Positions 1-7,408 of a DNA stretch of 46,010 bases are shown piece after piece. How positions within the stretch are numbered: the stretch's first letter is position 1; the number at the start of each line of letters is the position of its first letter. The translations under genes were made by a program, and so were the position numbers. The notes beneath the pieces were generated by a model. That model did no database searches. It saw only the letters and a program-made list of their open reading frames with translations, and was not told the DNA's origin. Origin of the DNA: an uncultured Gammaproteobacteria bacterium (GTDB taxonomy: Bacteria; Patescibacteriota; Microgenomatia; Daviesbacterales; UBA10151); the NCBI GenBank assembly GCA_964504665.1, contig CAZDEH010000005.1, positions 1-46,010 on the forward strand, given 5' to 3'.

Positions 1-1
1 A

Positions 2-160
2 TTTCCCGTGATTCAATGATTCAATTTCATTCGGATTTTTGATGAGTCATATCGGGGTATTGCACCAGATATTGCTTTTGATATAATTCTTGCAACAGCA
101 ATTCCGAGCTCTTTAGCACTTTTTTATTTTTTGTTTAAAAAACGATTCCGTTTACCCTAG
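2..160 (+). pseudogene. 3' fragment of a probable membrane protein gene, with in-frame TGA at 17-19
   Basis: Frame 2 reads FPVIQ*FNFIRIFDESYRGIAPDIAFDIILATAIPSSLALFYFLFKKRFRLP* (TM helix plus basic tail); truncated by the window edge. Confidence 0.3.
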
Positions 161-174
161 GATTTTATTTAGCT

Positions 175-193
175 TTCCACCTCCGAGGTGGAA
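175..193. repeat. REP-like palindrome TTCCACCT-CCG-AGGTGGAA
   Basis: 8-bp perfect arms; shares the CCACC...GGTGG core with the hairpins at 4301-6364. Confidence 0.65.
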
Positions 194-302
194 GCATAAA
201 TTCTATTACATTATAATGACGATCGGCAATATTTTATAATATTTATTTAAGGAAAATTATTCAATCCCGGATTGGCAGGCTAGATAATAGCAATTTGATA
301 TC

Positions 303-332
303 TTGACTAGGACGTACGTAATAACGTACAAT
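303..332 (+). promoter_or_regulatory. Sigma70 promoter and probable operator of the TA operon
   Basis: TTGACT-18-TACAAT, 6 nt before ATG 339; palindrome ACGTACGT (312-319) and a second ACGTAC (324-329). Confidence 0.65.
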
Positions 333-338
333 CATTTC

Positions 339-656
339 ATGACTACAGTTTCTGTGACTACAGCCCGTGATAATTTATATGATTTAATAGAAGAAGTTGC
401 CAGGAGTGGTAAAAGCATTGGTATTACCAATAAAGGTGAAACAAAGGCAGTTTTAGTTAATCCTGATGAATTAGCTTCTTGGGAAGCCACTCTGGATGTA
501 ATGTCTGATCCAAATTTAGTCAAATCTATTAAAGAAAGTGAAAAAGATATAAAATCTGGAAGATATGTGACTTGGGATGAGCTAAAAAAGGAGCTTAGTT
601 TAGATGCATCAGATAAGATTCACAAGGCGCGCCGAAAAGGACTTAAGAAAACTTAA
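339..656 (+). CDS. Phd/YefM-family antitoxin
   Basis: MTTVSVTTARDNLYDLIEEV...IGITNKGETKAVLV Phd-fold pattern; start moved to ATG 339. Confidence 0.9.
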   Translation: MTTVSVTTARDNLYDLIEEVARSGKSIGITNKGETKAVLVNPDELASWEATLDVMSDPNLVKSIKESEKDIKSGRYVTWDELKKELSLDASDKIHKARRKGLKKT

Positions 657-858
657 TAAAATTTATTTACCTAAGGTTAGTAAGTCTTTTGAGGCTTTAC
701 AATTAAATCCCCTTCTGGGTCAAAAAATGAGCGGAGAATTTGATGGATCATATCGAATTAAAATTCCTCCGATCAGGATTATCTATTTTCCAGATTTTAA
801 AAATAAAGTTATATGGATTGAGGCGATTGGACAAAGACAAGGAATTTATAAAAATTGA
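604..858 (+). CDS. RelE/ParE-family toxin
   Basis: IRFTRRAEKDLRKL...NPLLGQKMSG...YRIKIPPIRIIY...IGQRQGIYK; overlaps the antitoxin. Confidence 0.88.
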   Translation: MHQIRFTRRAEKDLRKLNKIYLPKVSKSFEALQLNPLLGQKMSGEFDGSYRIKIPPIRIIYFPDFKNKVIWIEAIGQRQGIYKN

Positions 859-875
859 TATTACTCAAAAAATAA

Positions 876-915
876 TAGAAACTTCAGGCTTTACAGGCAG
901 AGTAGAACACTAAAT
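876..915 (+). repeat. 40-bp direct repeat, copy 1
   Basis: tagaaacttcaggctttacaggcagagtagaacactaaat; 32/40 identical to 1813-1852. Confidence 0.8.
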
Positions 916-916
916 C

Positions 917-1381
917 TTATTTAACTGCAGTGTAAATAAAATAAAAAAAGGGTATAAGTATTAGAGATTCAGCAATTATAATCCATAGAACATGCCTTGA
1001 TTTATCAGAGTTTATTTTTCTAAATAATATAAACAATAACATATAAAATAAATAGCCTGAAAGAGATGCAAAACCTATTAAAATAAGAACTAAAGATAAA
1101 TGGTTATTTAATAAGGAAGTCAATAAAGAAAAACTACTAAATTTAATAAATATAAATAAAGAAATAGCTATTATTATAAATCCCCAAAAAACAGCTCCAC
1201 TTCCTGATCTAGTACCAAAAAATGGTGTCTTAAAAAAGGGATCGATATACCACTTTTTGCAGATTGCCGCGATAGCATAAGTAACTAAAAAAGAACATAT
1301 TGCTAAAATTGCTAGAGCAAAAATTTGATCTTTAGAAACTTCATATAGAAGTAATTGGAGAGGGAATTCTAAAGCTGTCAT
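917..1381 (-). CDS. Hypothetical membrane protein (~4 TM)
   Basis: 154-aa hydrophobic ORF. Confidence 0.7.
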   Translation of the reverse strand: MTALEFPLQLLLYEVSKDQIFALAILAICSFLVTYAIAAICKKWYIDPFFKTPFFGTRSGSGAVFWGFIIIAISLFIFIKFSSFSLLTSLLNNHLSLVLILIGFASLSGYLFYMLLFILFRKINSDKSRHVLWIIIAESLILIPFFYFIYTAVK

Positions 1382-1386
1382 TTGTA

Positions 1387-1764
1387 CTATATTTTAGTAA
1401 TACCAGCAATAATAGATAAAACATATAAAATCACAAGAGTAATATAAATTACAACTATAATCCAAGCATATTTATTAGCCTGTTTTGCTTTATTAGGAAA
1501 TATCTTCTTTAAGCCATAGTAATAAAAGCCCCCTGAAATTACCGGATTAAATAATTCTGTGATGATTACCGTCATTTTTTCATTGCTAGTTAATGAACTA
1601 TTATTAGTTGAAGTCGAAGTTAAATTAGATATTAGCTTATAAGTAAACCATAAACTCAATCCGCTGACTATAGGAATTACTGCCCTAAATAATTCTCTAG
1701 CTAATAGGTTTGTTACAGCAGATAAAATATAGAAGGCTATAAAGAGATAGAAAACCATTTTCAT
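1387..1764 (-). CDS. Hypothetical membrane protein
   Basis: 125-aa hydrophobic ORF, 5 nt upstream of the previous gene. Confidence 0.75.
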   Translation of the reverse strand: MKMVFYLFIAFYILSAVTNLLARELFRAVIPIVSGLSLWFTYKLISNLTSTSTNNSSLTSNEKMTVIITELFNPVISGGFYYYGLKKIFPNKAKQANKYAWIIVVIYITLVILYVLSIIAGITKI

Positions 1765-1812
1765 ACTAATTTAAATATACAGCTTTTTTTTGGGAGAAGC
1801 AATGATTTTAGG

Positions 1813-1852
1813 TAGAAATTTCAGATTTTATTGGTAGTTTAGAACACTAAAT
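1813..1852 (+). repeat. 40-bp direct repeat, copy 2
   Basis: tagaaatttcagattttattggtagtttagaacactaaat. Confidence 0.8.
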
Positions 1853-1859
1853 AAATTAC

Positions 1860-2099
1860 CTACTCTGTTCTTGCTACTTTTAAACACTCCTGGTAAAGTT
1901 TGGTGAGAGCCTTAACAAGAGCATTTAGTTTATCATGATCAGCGACACTTCCTGTTAATATCCACCTTGCTCCTTCACTAAAAAGTTCTTCCGAAGATGA
2001 TTCTTTACCTTCTGGATGATCTTTTTCTTGCTGCTTTTGTTGGTTAAGGTACAAGCCTCGGCGGGACGCCTCTATTTCAGCTCTCCTGTCTGGGTTCAT
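1860..2099 (-). CDS. Hypothetical protein
   Basis: 79-aa soluble ORF with ATG start. Confidence 0.55.
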   Translation of the reverse strand: MNPDRRAEIEASRRGLYLNQQKQQEKDHPEGKESSSEELFSEGARWILTGSVADHDKLNALVKALTKLYQECLKVARTE

Positions 2100-2242
2100 G
2101 ATAAGTTCAAAGTATACCAGAAAAGAAGGGGAAATTCTGTGAGGTCGGATACATTTTATTTTTTGTTACCCCGCCAAAATCTTTTAATAAATGTGATGAG
2201 AATTAGTTTCCCAACTTCGAGATAGAAATTAATAATGTGGTA

Positions 2243-2271
2243 TTGCATTTTTAAATAAGTTTTGGTAAACT
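2243..2271 (+). promoter_or_regulatory. tuf promoter
   Basis: TTGCAT-17-TAAACT with TG extension, followed by hairpin ccagctt-cagtt-gagctgg. Confidence 0.55.
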
Positions 2272-2314
2272 AACTTACCAGCTTCAGTTGAGCTGGATTT
2301 TTAGAGGATTATAT

Positions 2315-3499
2315 ATGGCAGACCAGAAAAAATTTGATAGATCAAAACCACACGTAAATATTGGTACTATTGGTCATGTTGACCATGGTAAAACGACTTT
2401 AACCGCAGCTATTACCAAAGTTTTAGCTTCTAAAGGTTTAGCTGAAGCCCGTTCCATAGATCAAATTGATGCTGCACCTGAGGAAAAAGCCCGCGGTATT
2501 ACAATTAATATTTCCCACCAGGAATATGAAACAGAGAAAAGGCATTACGCCCACATCGATATGCCGGGTCATGCTGACTATATTAAAAACATGATTACCG
2601 GCGCAGCCCAAACAGACGGGGCAATTTTAGTAGTTTCTGCTCCTGATGGTCCGATGCCACAAACCAGAGAACATATTTTACTTGCAAGACAGGTAGGAGT
2701 TCCGGCTATTGTGGTTTATCTGAATAAGTGCGATATGGTTGATGACGCTGAGCTTTTAGACCTAGTTGAAGAAGAGATTAGAGATTTACTGAAAAAATAT
2801 GAATATGATCCTAAATCACCAATTATTAGAGGCAGTGCTAAAAAAGCCTTAGAAGGCGATCCTGAAGCAATTAAATCTATTGAAGCTCTTATGGATGCAG
2901 TAGATGAATGGATTCCAACTCCAGTTAGAGATACAGATAAACCATTTTTGATGGCTGTGGAAGATGTTTTCTCTATTAAAGGGCGTGGAACCGTAGTTAC
3001 CGGTAGAATTGAAAGAGGGAAGATTAAAGTTAATGAAGAAATTGAAATTGTCGGAATTAGACCAACTAAGAAAAGTATTGTAACTGGAATAGAAATGTTT
3101 CACAAAATGCTTGATGATGGTCAGGCTGGGGATAATGCCGGAATATTACTCCGCGGTATTGAAAAAGATGATGTAGAACGCGGCCAAGTTTTAGCAAAAA
3201 CTGGTTCAATTACTCCACATGCTGAGTTTGAAGCAGAAGTTTATGTTTTAAGTAAAGAAGAAGGTGGAAGACACACTCCATTTTTTAAGGGTTATAGACC
3301 ACAATTTTATGTCAGAACCACTGATGTGACCGGTGAAGTGATTTTACCAGAAGGAGTAGAGATGGTGATGCCGGGAGATACTACAAAAATAAACGCTAAA
3401 CTTATTACCCCTGTTGCTATGGAAGAAGGACTCCGTTTTGCTATCCGTGAAGGTGGTAAAACAGTGGGAGCAGGAGTTATTACTAAGATCATTAAATAA
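2315..3499 (+). CDS. tuf: Elongation factor Tu
   Basis: [31 protein letters not shown]; start set at ATG 2315. Confidence 0.99.
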   Translation: MADQKKFDRSKPHVNIGTIGHVDHGKTTLTAAITKVLASKGLAEARSIDQIDAAPEEKARGITINISHQEYETEKRHYAHIDMPGHADYIKNMITGAAQTDGAILVVSAPDGPMPQTREHILLARQVGVPAIVVYLNKCDMVDDAELLDLVEEEIRDLLKKYEYDPKSPIIRGSAKKALEGDPEAIKSIEALMDAVDEWIPTPVRDTDKPFLMAVEDVFSIKGRGTVVTGRIERGKIKVNEEIEIVGIRPTKKSIVTGIEMFHKMLDDGQAGDNAGILLRGIEKDDVERGQVLAKTGSITPHAEFEAEVYVLSKEEGGRHTPFFKGYRPQFYVRTTDVTGEVILPEGVEMVMPGDTTKINAKLITPVAMEEGLRFAIREGGKTVGAGVITKIIK

Positions 3500-3525
3500 T
3501 GATTCTTGTAAGAAAAGAAAAAATA

Positions 3526-3548
3526 GGGGGCTAAAAAGCCCCTTTTTT
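3526..3548 (+). terminator. Intrinsic terminator after tuf
   Basis: GGGGCT-AAAA-AGCCCC followed by TTTTTT. Confidence 0.8.
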
Positions 3549-3590
3549 GTTTCTAGGTAGAAATGTGTTAAAATATTATTGCACTTTAAC

Positions 3591-3663
3591 AGGAGGAGGT
3601 AGTGATGGACGATCTGGCTGCGAAGATTAAATAGCAGCTAAAAGATAAGTCCAGATCTGTCCA
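3591..3663 (+). promoter_or_regulatory. Structured rpsJ leader with SD-led mini-ORF (3605-3634, MDDLAAKIK*)
   Basis: AGGAGGAGGT at 3591; stem tggacgatctgg(3606-3617)/ccagatctgtcca(3651-3663); TG-n-TAAAAT at 3566-3574. Confidence 0.5.
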
Positions 3664-3671
3664 AATTAATT

Positions 3672-3980
3672 ATGGCAAAAGGACGCATCAGAGTAAAACT
3701 GAAAAGTTACGATCATAGGGTACTTGATAGTACTGTAGAGCAATTACTTGATACTGCTCTTAGAACCGGTGCTAAAATTGTTGGTCCCATACCTCTTCCT
3801 ACTAAAACTTCCAGATTTACCATGCCCCGTTCCCCTTTCACAGATAAAGATTCCCAGGAAGCTTTCGAAATTAAAATTCATAAAAGACTGATAGAAATAG
3901 TAGAACCGACAGATAAGACCATAGACTCTCTGATGCATTTAGAACTACCTGCAGGAGTTGACATAGAAGTCAAGATGTAA
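3672..3980 (+). CDS. rpsJ: 30S ribosomal protein S10
   Basis: IRVKLKSYDH, GPIPLPT, HKRLI, LPAGVDIEVK. Confidence 0.99.
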   Translation: MAKGRIRVKLKSYDHRVLDSTVEQLLDTALRTGAKIVGPIPLPTKTSRFTMPRSPFTDKDSQEAFEIKIHKRLIEIVEPTDKTIDSLMHLELPAGVDIEVKM

Positions 3981-3993
3981 TACACCTAAAGTA

Positions 3994-4275
3994 ATGGGCA
4001 ATAGAGCTGAAAGCCCCCTTTTTATCATTTCTGATTCCAGATTAAGACAGCAAGAGATGGTTGAATTTGCAACTAGCATGACTTCCAGTTTTGGGTTGGT
4101 TTCAATCAAAGATGCAGAAAAACAAATTGCAGAATGGTATTTTAGAAGGCATGTACCCATCCCACTGTTAACCGAATTAACAGGTCTATATATCAGACCA
4201 TTCTGGAGAGATGGTAACGTTACTCCCTCTTTAAAACCTACACTTCCGAGAGGGTATTATTCGCATCATTATTAG
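3994..4275 (+). CDS. Hypothetical protein
   Basis: 93-aa ORF immediately after rpsJ; no recognisable family. Confidence 0.5.
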   Translation: MGNRAESPLFIISDSRLRQQEMVEFATSMTSSFGLVSIKDAEKQIAEWYFRRHVPIPLLTELTGLYIRPFWRDGNVTPSLKPTLPRGYYSHHY

Positions 4276-4300
4276 AAGTCTCATCTGCGATGAAATAAAA

Positions 4301-4321
4301 CCCACTCGAGGGGTGGAATAG
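4301..4321. repeat. REP-like hairpin, type A
   Basis: cccactcgaggggtggaatag, directly downstream of the transposase stop. Confidence 0.75.
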
Positions 4322-4329
4322 ATTGGCAC

Positions 4330-5004
4330 CTATTCTTCTATAATTAAATGCTTGATCTTATCTAGTTCCTGAGAATAAGATATTTGGTCAAAAACAAAAT
4401 TTTTGTAATCATTTACAGAGTGAAATTGTTTAGTTATTATTTCCTTTTGGCAGAATGCTTCTTCTGATTCTAAATATTCTTTTAATGAGGACCAGGGGTA
4501 AGATTCAAGTCCCTTTTCTTTAATAATATATGATGTAACTGGATTCAGGTGAATATATCTGGATAAATGGATCAACTGTTCATTAGACTCAATATAAACA
4601 GACTTGAATGGTCCTTGAATCAGAGAACCGTTTCAGTCATGTTTTGTATTGAAATATTTAGTGTAACTGTTTGTAAAATTGGCTATAAAAGTTGATATGC
4701 CATTATCACTTAATTGTTTTATTAAGAAATGAAAATGATTAGGCATTAAACAAAAACTGACAATATCAACAAGTTTATTTCCAGGTTTAACAATCTGGGT
4801 AAGAATTTTTTCTTGATTTTGTGGAGTTTGGACAAGAAATTTAGAGAACTTTATAGCAAGGTTTCTATATTGGTAGTACTTTAAGGTACCTAGGGCACGT
4901 TTGTATTCTCTCTTGTCAGTAAAAATATCTCTTTTTTCTACACCTCTATTAAATATATGGTAGAATTGGTCGTTTGCTAGTATTGTTTTTCTTAATGTTG
5001 CCAC
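4330..5004 (-). pseudogene. REP-associated tyrosine transposase (RAYT, Y1 HUH) interrupted by in-frame TGA at 4633-4635
   Basis: YHIFNRGVEK, FCLMPNHFH (HUH), KYFNTKHD*NGSLIQGPFKS...RYIHLNPV, YPWSS all in one frame across the stop. Confidence 0.9.
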
Positions 5005-5048
5005 GATAATTATATGTAATCATATCAAATGAAGGGTGTCAAGCTAAA

Positions 5049-5078
5049 CCACCCGAGGGGTGGGCTACCCTATACTCG
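5049..5078 (-). repeat. REP-like hairpin, type B (GTAG-led on the minus strand)
   Basis: ccacccgaggggtgggctaccctatactcg; minus strand reads GTAG-cccacccctcgggtgg. Confidence 0.85.
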
Positions 5079-5132
5079 ATTTAATACTAGTACTTGACAG
5101 CAAATATTATTAGAGTTAAATATAATATATAG

Positions 5133-5306
5133 GTGAAAAAATCTGCTCAACAAGGAATTACAGCAATTTATTTTATTTTACTGCTAACAGTTCTTTGTTT
5201 ACTTGCTTTCTTTGTGCTTACCCAGTTTATGCCTTTTAGCGGCGAACTAAATGCTCTACTTTTTCCCAAACAAGAATCTAAAGCTGTTGACTGGGCTTTG
5301 TGGTAA
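5133..5306 (+). CDS. 57-aa prepilin-like signal/TM peptide, possibly a truncated secreted protein (absent from ORF track)
   Basis: GTG start; MKKSAQQG|ITAIYFILLLTVLCLLAFFVLTQFMPFSGELNALLFPKQESKAVDWALW*; TATAAT 6 nt upstream. Confidence 0.55.
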   Translation: MKKSAQQGITAIYFILLLTVLCLLAFFVLTQFMPFSGELNALLFPKQESKAVDWALW

Positions 5307-5384
5307 TCTTCCCTGTGTTGATGTAACAAAAGACTTAATCTGATCAAAATCTCTTTCCTAAAAACTCCCAACATATCATGGTTC

Positions 5385-5412
5385 TTGACTTCCTGAAAAG
5401 ATATCTTATAAT
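5385..5412 (+). promoter_or_regulatory. Sigma70 promoter
   Basis: TTGACT-16-TATAAT upstream of ORF 5432. Confidence 0.65.
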
Positions 5413-5431
5413 TAACGAAAGTTTTTGATTT

Positions 5432-5923
5432 ATGGAAAGATCTACTCTCAGTATGTTAATTGTTGATGAGGATGACCACTGGATTAAAGCTGTTCATAGC
5501 GTGGCTGAGTCTCTTAATTTTGACCCAATAGATATTGCACATTCTCAAGAAGAAGCTTTAGCAAGCGATGTTTATGAGTTATTCTTTGGAGGAGCTTTAG
5601 CATCCCGCGTTTTTTATGATTTAAGTATTGTAGGAGTGTCTGTTGGTAGAGAAATTTTAATATGTGCCCGCGCGTTAAGATTGGCCACTATAGATTGGCG
5701 TTATCGTTTGGGTATTGGGCAAAAAGGTGTAGGAGCTATTGTTGCTGCTTCGGCTACAGGTAAACCTGAAATAGCTCGTGAGGCTTTAAGACCTGTTAAT
5801 GGTGGGTCCATTGCTGATGATATTATTATGAAAAGCTTACAGCCTGAAAAGTTAGCTCCTTATTTTAGAGATTATAAAGCATTTTTACTGGAAGAAAAAC
5901 AAAGAGCTGGAATTGAAAGCTAA
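5432..5923 (+). CDS. Degenerate receiver (REC)-like domain protein
   Basis: MLIVDEDD, AHSQEEAL, YDLSIVG, IVAASA, ADDIIMKS follow CheY-fold landmarks; expected phospho-Asp position is Gly. Confidence 0.6.
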   Translation: MERSTLSMLIVDEDDHWIKAVHSVAESLNFDPIDIAHSQEEALASDVYELFFGGALASRVFYDLSIVGVSVGREILICARALRLATIDWRYRLGIGQKGVGAIVAASATGKPEIAREALRPVNGGSIADDIIMKSLQPEKLAPYFRDYKAFLLEEKQRAGIES

Positions 5924-5934
5924 TAACTAAATTC

Positions 5935-5964
5935 CCACCCGAGGGGTGGGCTACCATATACTCG
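5935..5964 (-). repeat. REP-like hairpin, type B, second copy
   Basis: 29/30 identical to 5049-5078. Confidence 0.88.
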
Positions 5965-5983
5965 TCGAGATTCCTCAGAATGA

Positions 5984-6015
5984 CAGGATATTGACATTAG
6001 AATGAAGATGTAATA
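5984..6015 (+). repeat. Degenerate copy of the rpsJ 3' end, doubling as a promoter
   Basis: ttgacattagaatgaagatgtaata vs rpsJ ttgacatagaagtcaagatgtaata (20/25 ungapped), both preceded by cagga; TTGACA-17-TATAAA. Confidence 0.65.
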
Positions 6016-6025
6016 TAAATTGAGC

Positions 6026-6333
6026 ATGCCTGATAGATTACCTGCATACCCGAGAGATATCGAGAGACGTCCAGACATAGATAGGGGAATTTCCCCTCTT
6101 TTAGCCAAAGAGAATTGACTAGGATTCAAAGATTATTCAGAGATGAGAGATTTCCAGAACGACCTCGCTTGTTTTTTACCGAAGAAGTCTTTAATCCTGC
6201 CTCAGATTGGGATAGATTTAGGAAAGAGGCTTTTCGAAGAATACCGGGTACGGTAAAAATTTGTACAAGTGATATTGAGGTTCAGCTTAGAGGTCAAGGA
6301 ACTTTAGACCCAATCGGTAATAATGAAGATTAG
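6026..6333 (+). pseudogene. Orphan gene, probably frameshifted near 6105-6115
   Basis: ATG 6026 ORF (MPDRLPAYPRDIERRP...) stops at 6118 while ORF 6115-6333 continues in the -1 frame. Confidence 0.45.
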
Positions 6334-6344
6334 TTATGAAATAT

Positions 6345-6364
6345 CCGTCCGAAGGGTGGAATAG
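6345..6364. repeat. REP-like hairpin, type A, degenerate
   Basis: ccgtccgaagggtggaatag, preceded by atgaaata as is the copy at 4290-4321. Confidence 0.6.
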
Positions 6365-6371
6365 TTAAAGG

Positions 6372-6401
6372 TTGCAATTTAGGTTCACTTCGTGCTAAAA
6401 T
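6372..6401 (+). promoter_or_regulatory. Promoter for the rplC-led operon
   Basis: TTGCAA-18-TAAAAT with TG extension. Confidence 0.55.
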
Positions 6402-6464
6402 TCCTATATACCATGCGAATGGTTTTAACTTAACAAAACAAGAAATAATTTCAGTAGATCGCGC

Positions 6465-6493
6465 GTCCCCCTTCGCTATAGCTACGGAGGGAC
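6465..6493. repeat. GC-rich hairpin element in the rplC leader
   Basis: gtcccccttcgctatagctacggagggac; related sequence inside rplC at 7331-7390. Confidence 0.6.
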
Positions 6494-6544
6494 AAGTCGG
6501 ATCAGACAGGTGATACGGCGATTTGATAAAAAAAGCGATATACT

Positions 6545-6568
6545 GGGTCGAAGTTTCGGCCCTTTTTT
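6545..6568 (+). terminator. Terminator-like hairpin in the rplC leader (candidate attenuator)
   Basis: GGGTCGA-AGTT-TCGGCCC-TTTTTT ending 15 nt before the rplC ATG. Confidence 0.65.
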
Positions 6569-6583
6569 GTGTTTTAAAAAACA

Positions 6584-7408
6584 ATGATAAATACATTATT
6601 TGGTATAAAACGGAATATGACATCCAGTTATGATGCCCGCGGCAGACGGACGGGTGTCACCGTACTCGAGATTCAACCAAATATAGTTACCCAAATTAAA
6701 TCAGTGGACAGTAAAGATGGATATAATGCAATCCAAATCGGAGTAGGCCACAAAAAATCAATCAAAAAACCTCAGATCGGACATGCTGCTAAAGCTGGAA
6801 TAGACAAAAAACTCAGATGGTTTAGAGAAGTCAGAGAATCAGATGAAAATTTAGAACCTGGTCAAGAAATAACAATAGACCAGGTTTTTTCTAAGGGTAA
6901 CTCAGTCAAAATTACCGGTATTTCTAAAGGAAAAGGTTTTCAAGGTGGAGTCAGACGTCATGGTTTTCATGGCGGACCAAAAACCCACGGTCAATCAGAT
7001 CGTCACCGTGCTCCCGGTTCTATCGGATCCGGAACTACCCCGGGAAGGGTGTTAAAAGGTAAAAAAATGGCCGGACATATGGGGAACGAAACTTCCTCTG
7101 TAAAAAATTTAGAAGTTGTTGCAGTTGATAAAAAAGAAAATTTATTGTTAGTAAAAGGAGCGATCCCTGGTTTTTCCGGAGGTTTAGTGCAAATTACTAA
7201 ACTTGGACATATTAAAGGCTATACTCCTCCACCTGAGGAAAAAGAAGAAGAGTCGGAGGAGGAATTAAGCGTTGAGAATCAAGGATTAAGTGAGGAAAAA
7301 GTGGAAACAACAGAAAAAGTTGAAGGAGAATCCTCCTCCGCTGACAGCCGTCGGTCAGAGCCTATGGCGTCGGACGAAGCTACGAAGGACAAGGAAAATG
7401 CCAGTTAA
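6584..7408 (+). CDS. rplC: 50S ribosomal protein L3 with acidic C-terminal tail
   Basis: DGYNAIQ, GKGFQG, THGQSDRHRAPGSIG, MAGHMG. Confidence 0.99.
   Translation: MINTLFGIKRNMTSSYDARGRRTGVTVLEIQPNIVTQIKSVDSKDGYNAIQIGVGHKKSIKKPQIGHAAKAGIDKKLRWFREVRESDENLEPGQEITIDQVFSKGNSVKITGISKGKGFQGGVRRHGFHGGPKTHGQSDRHRAPGSIGSGTTPGRVLKGKKMAGHMGNETSSVKNLEVVAVDKKENLLLVKGAIPGFSGGLVQITKLGHIKGYTPPPEEKEEESEEELSVENQGLSEEKVETTEKVEGESSSADSRRSEPMASDEATKDKENAS

Noticed and set aside
4610-4635. SECIS-like hairpin (ggttct...aggacc) just after the RAYT TGA
   Set aside because: Weak 6-bp stem; the homologous residue is normally Arg, not Cys; no Sec machinery visible
5968-5985. gattcctcagaatgaca as a separate repeat-family remnant
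   Set aside because: Single short occurrence in the window; resemblance is from memory only
4301-6364. CRISPR array or integron attC array
   Set aside because: Spacing is irregular and gene-sized, there is no cas or tyrosine integrase gene, and the hairpins lack attC R-box structure
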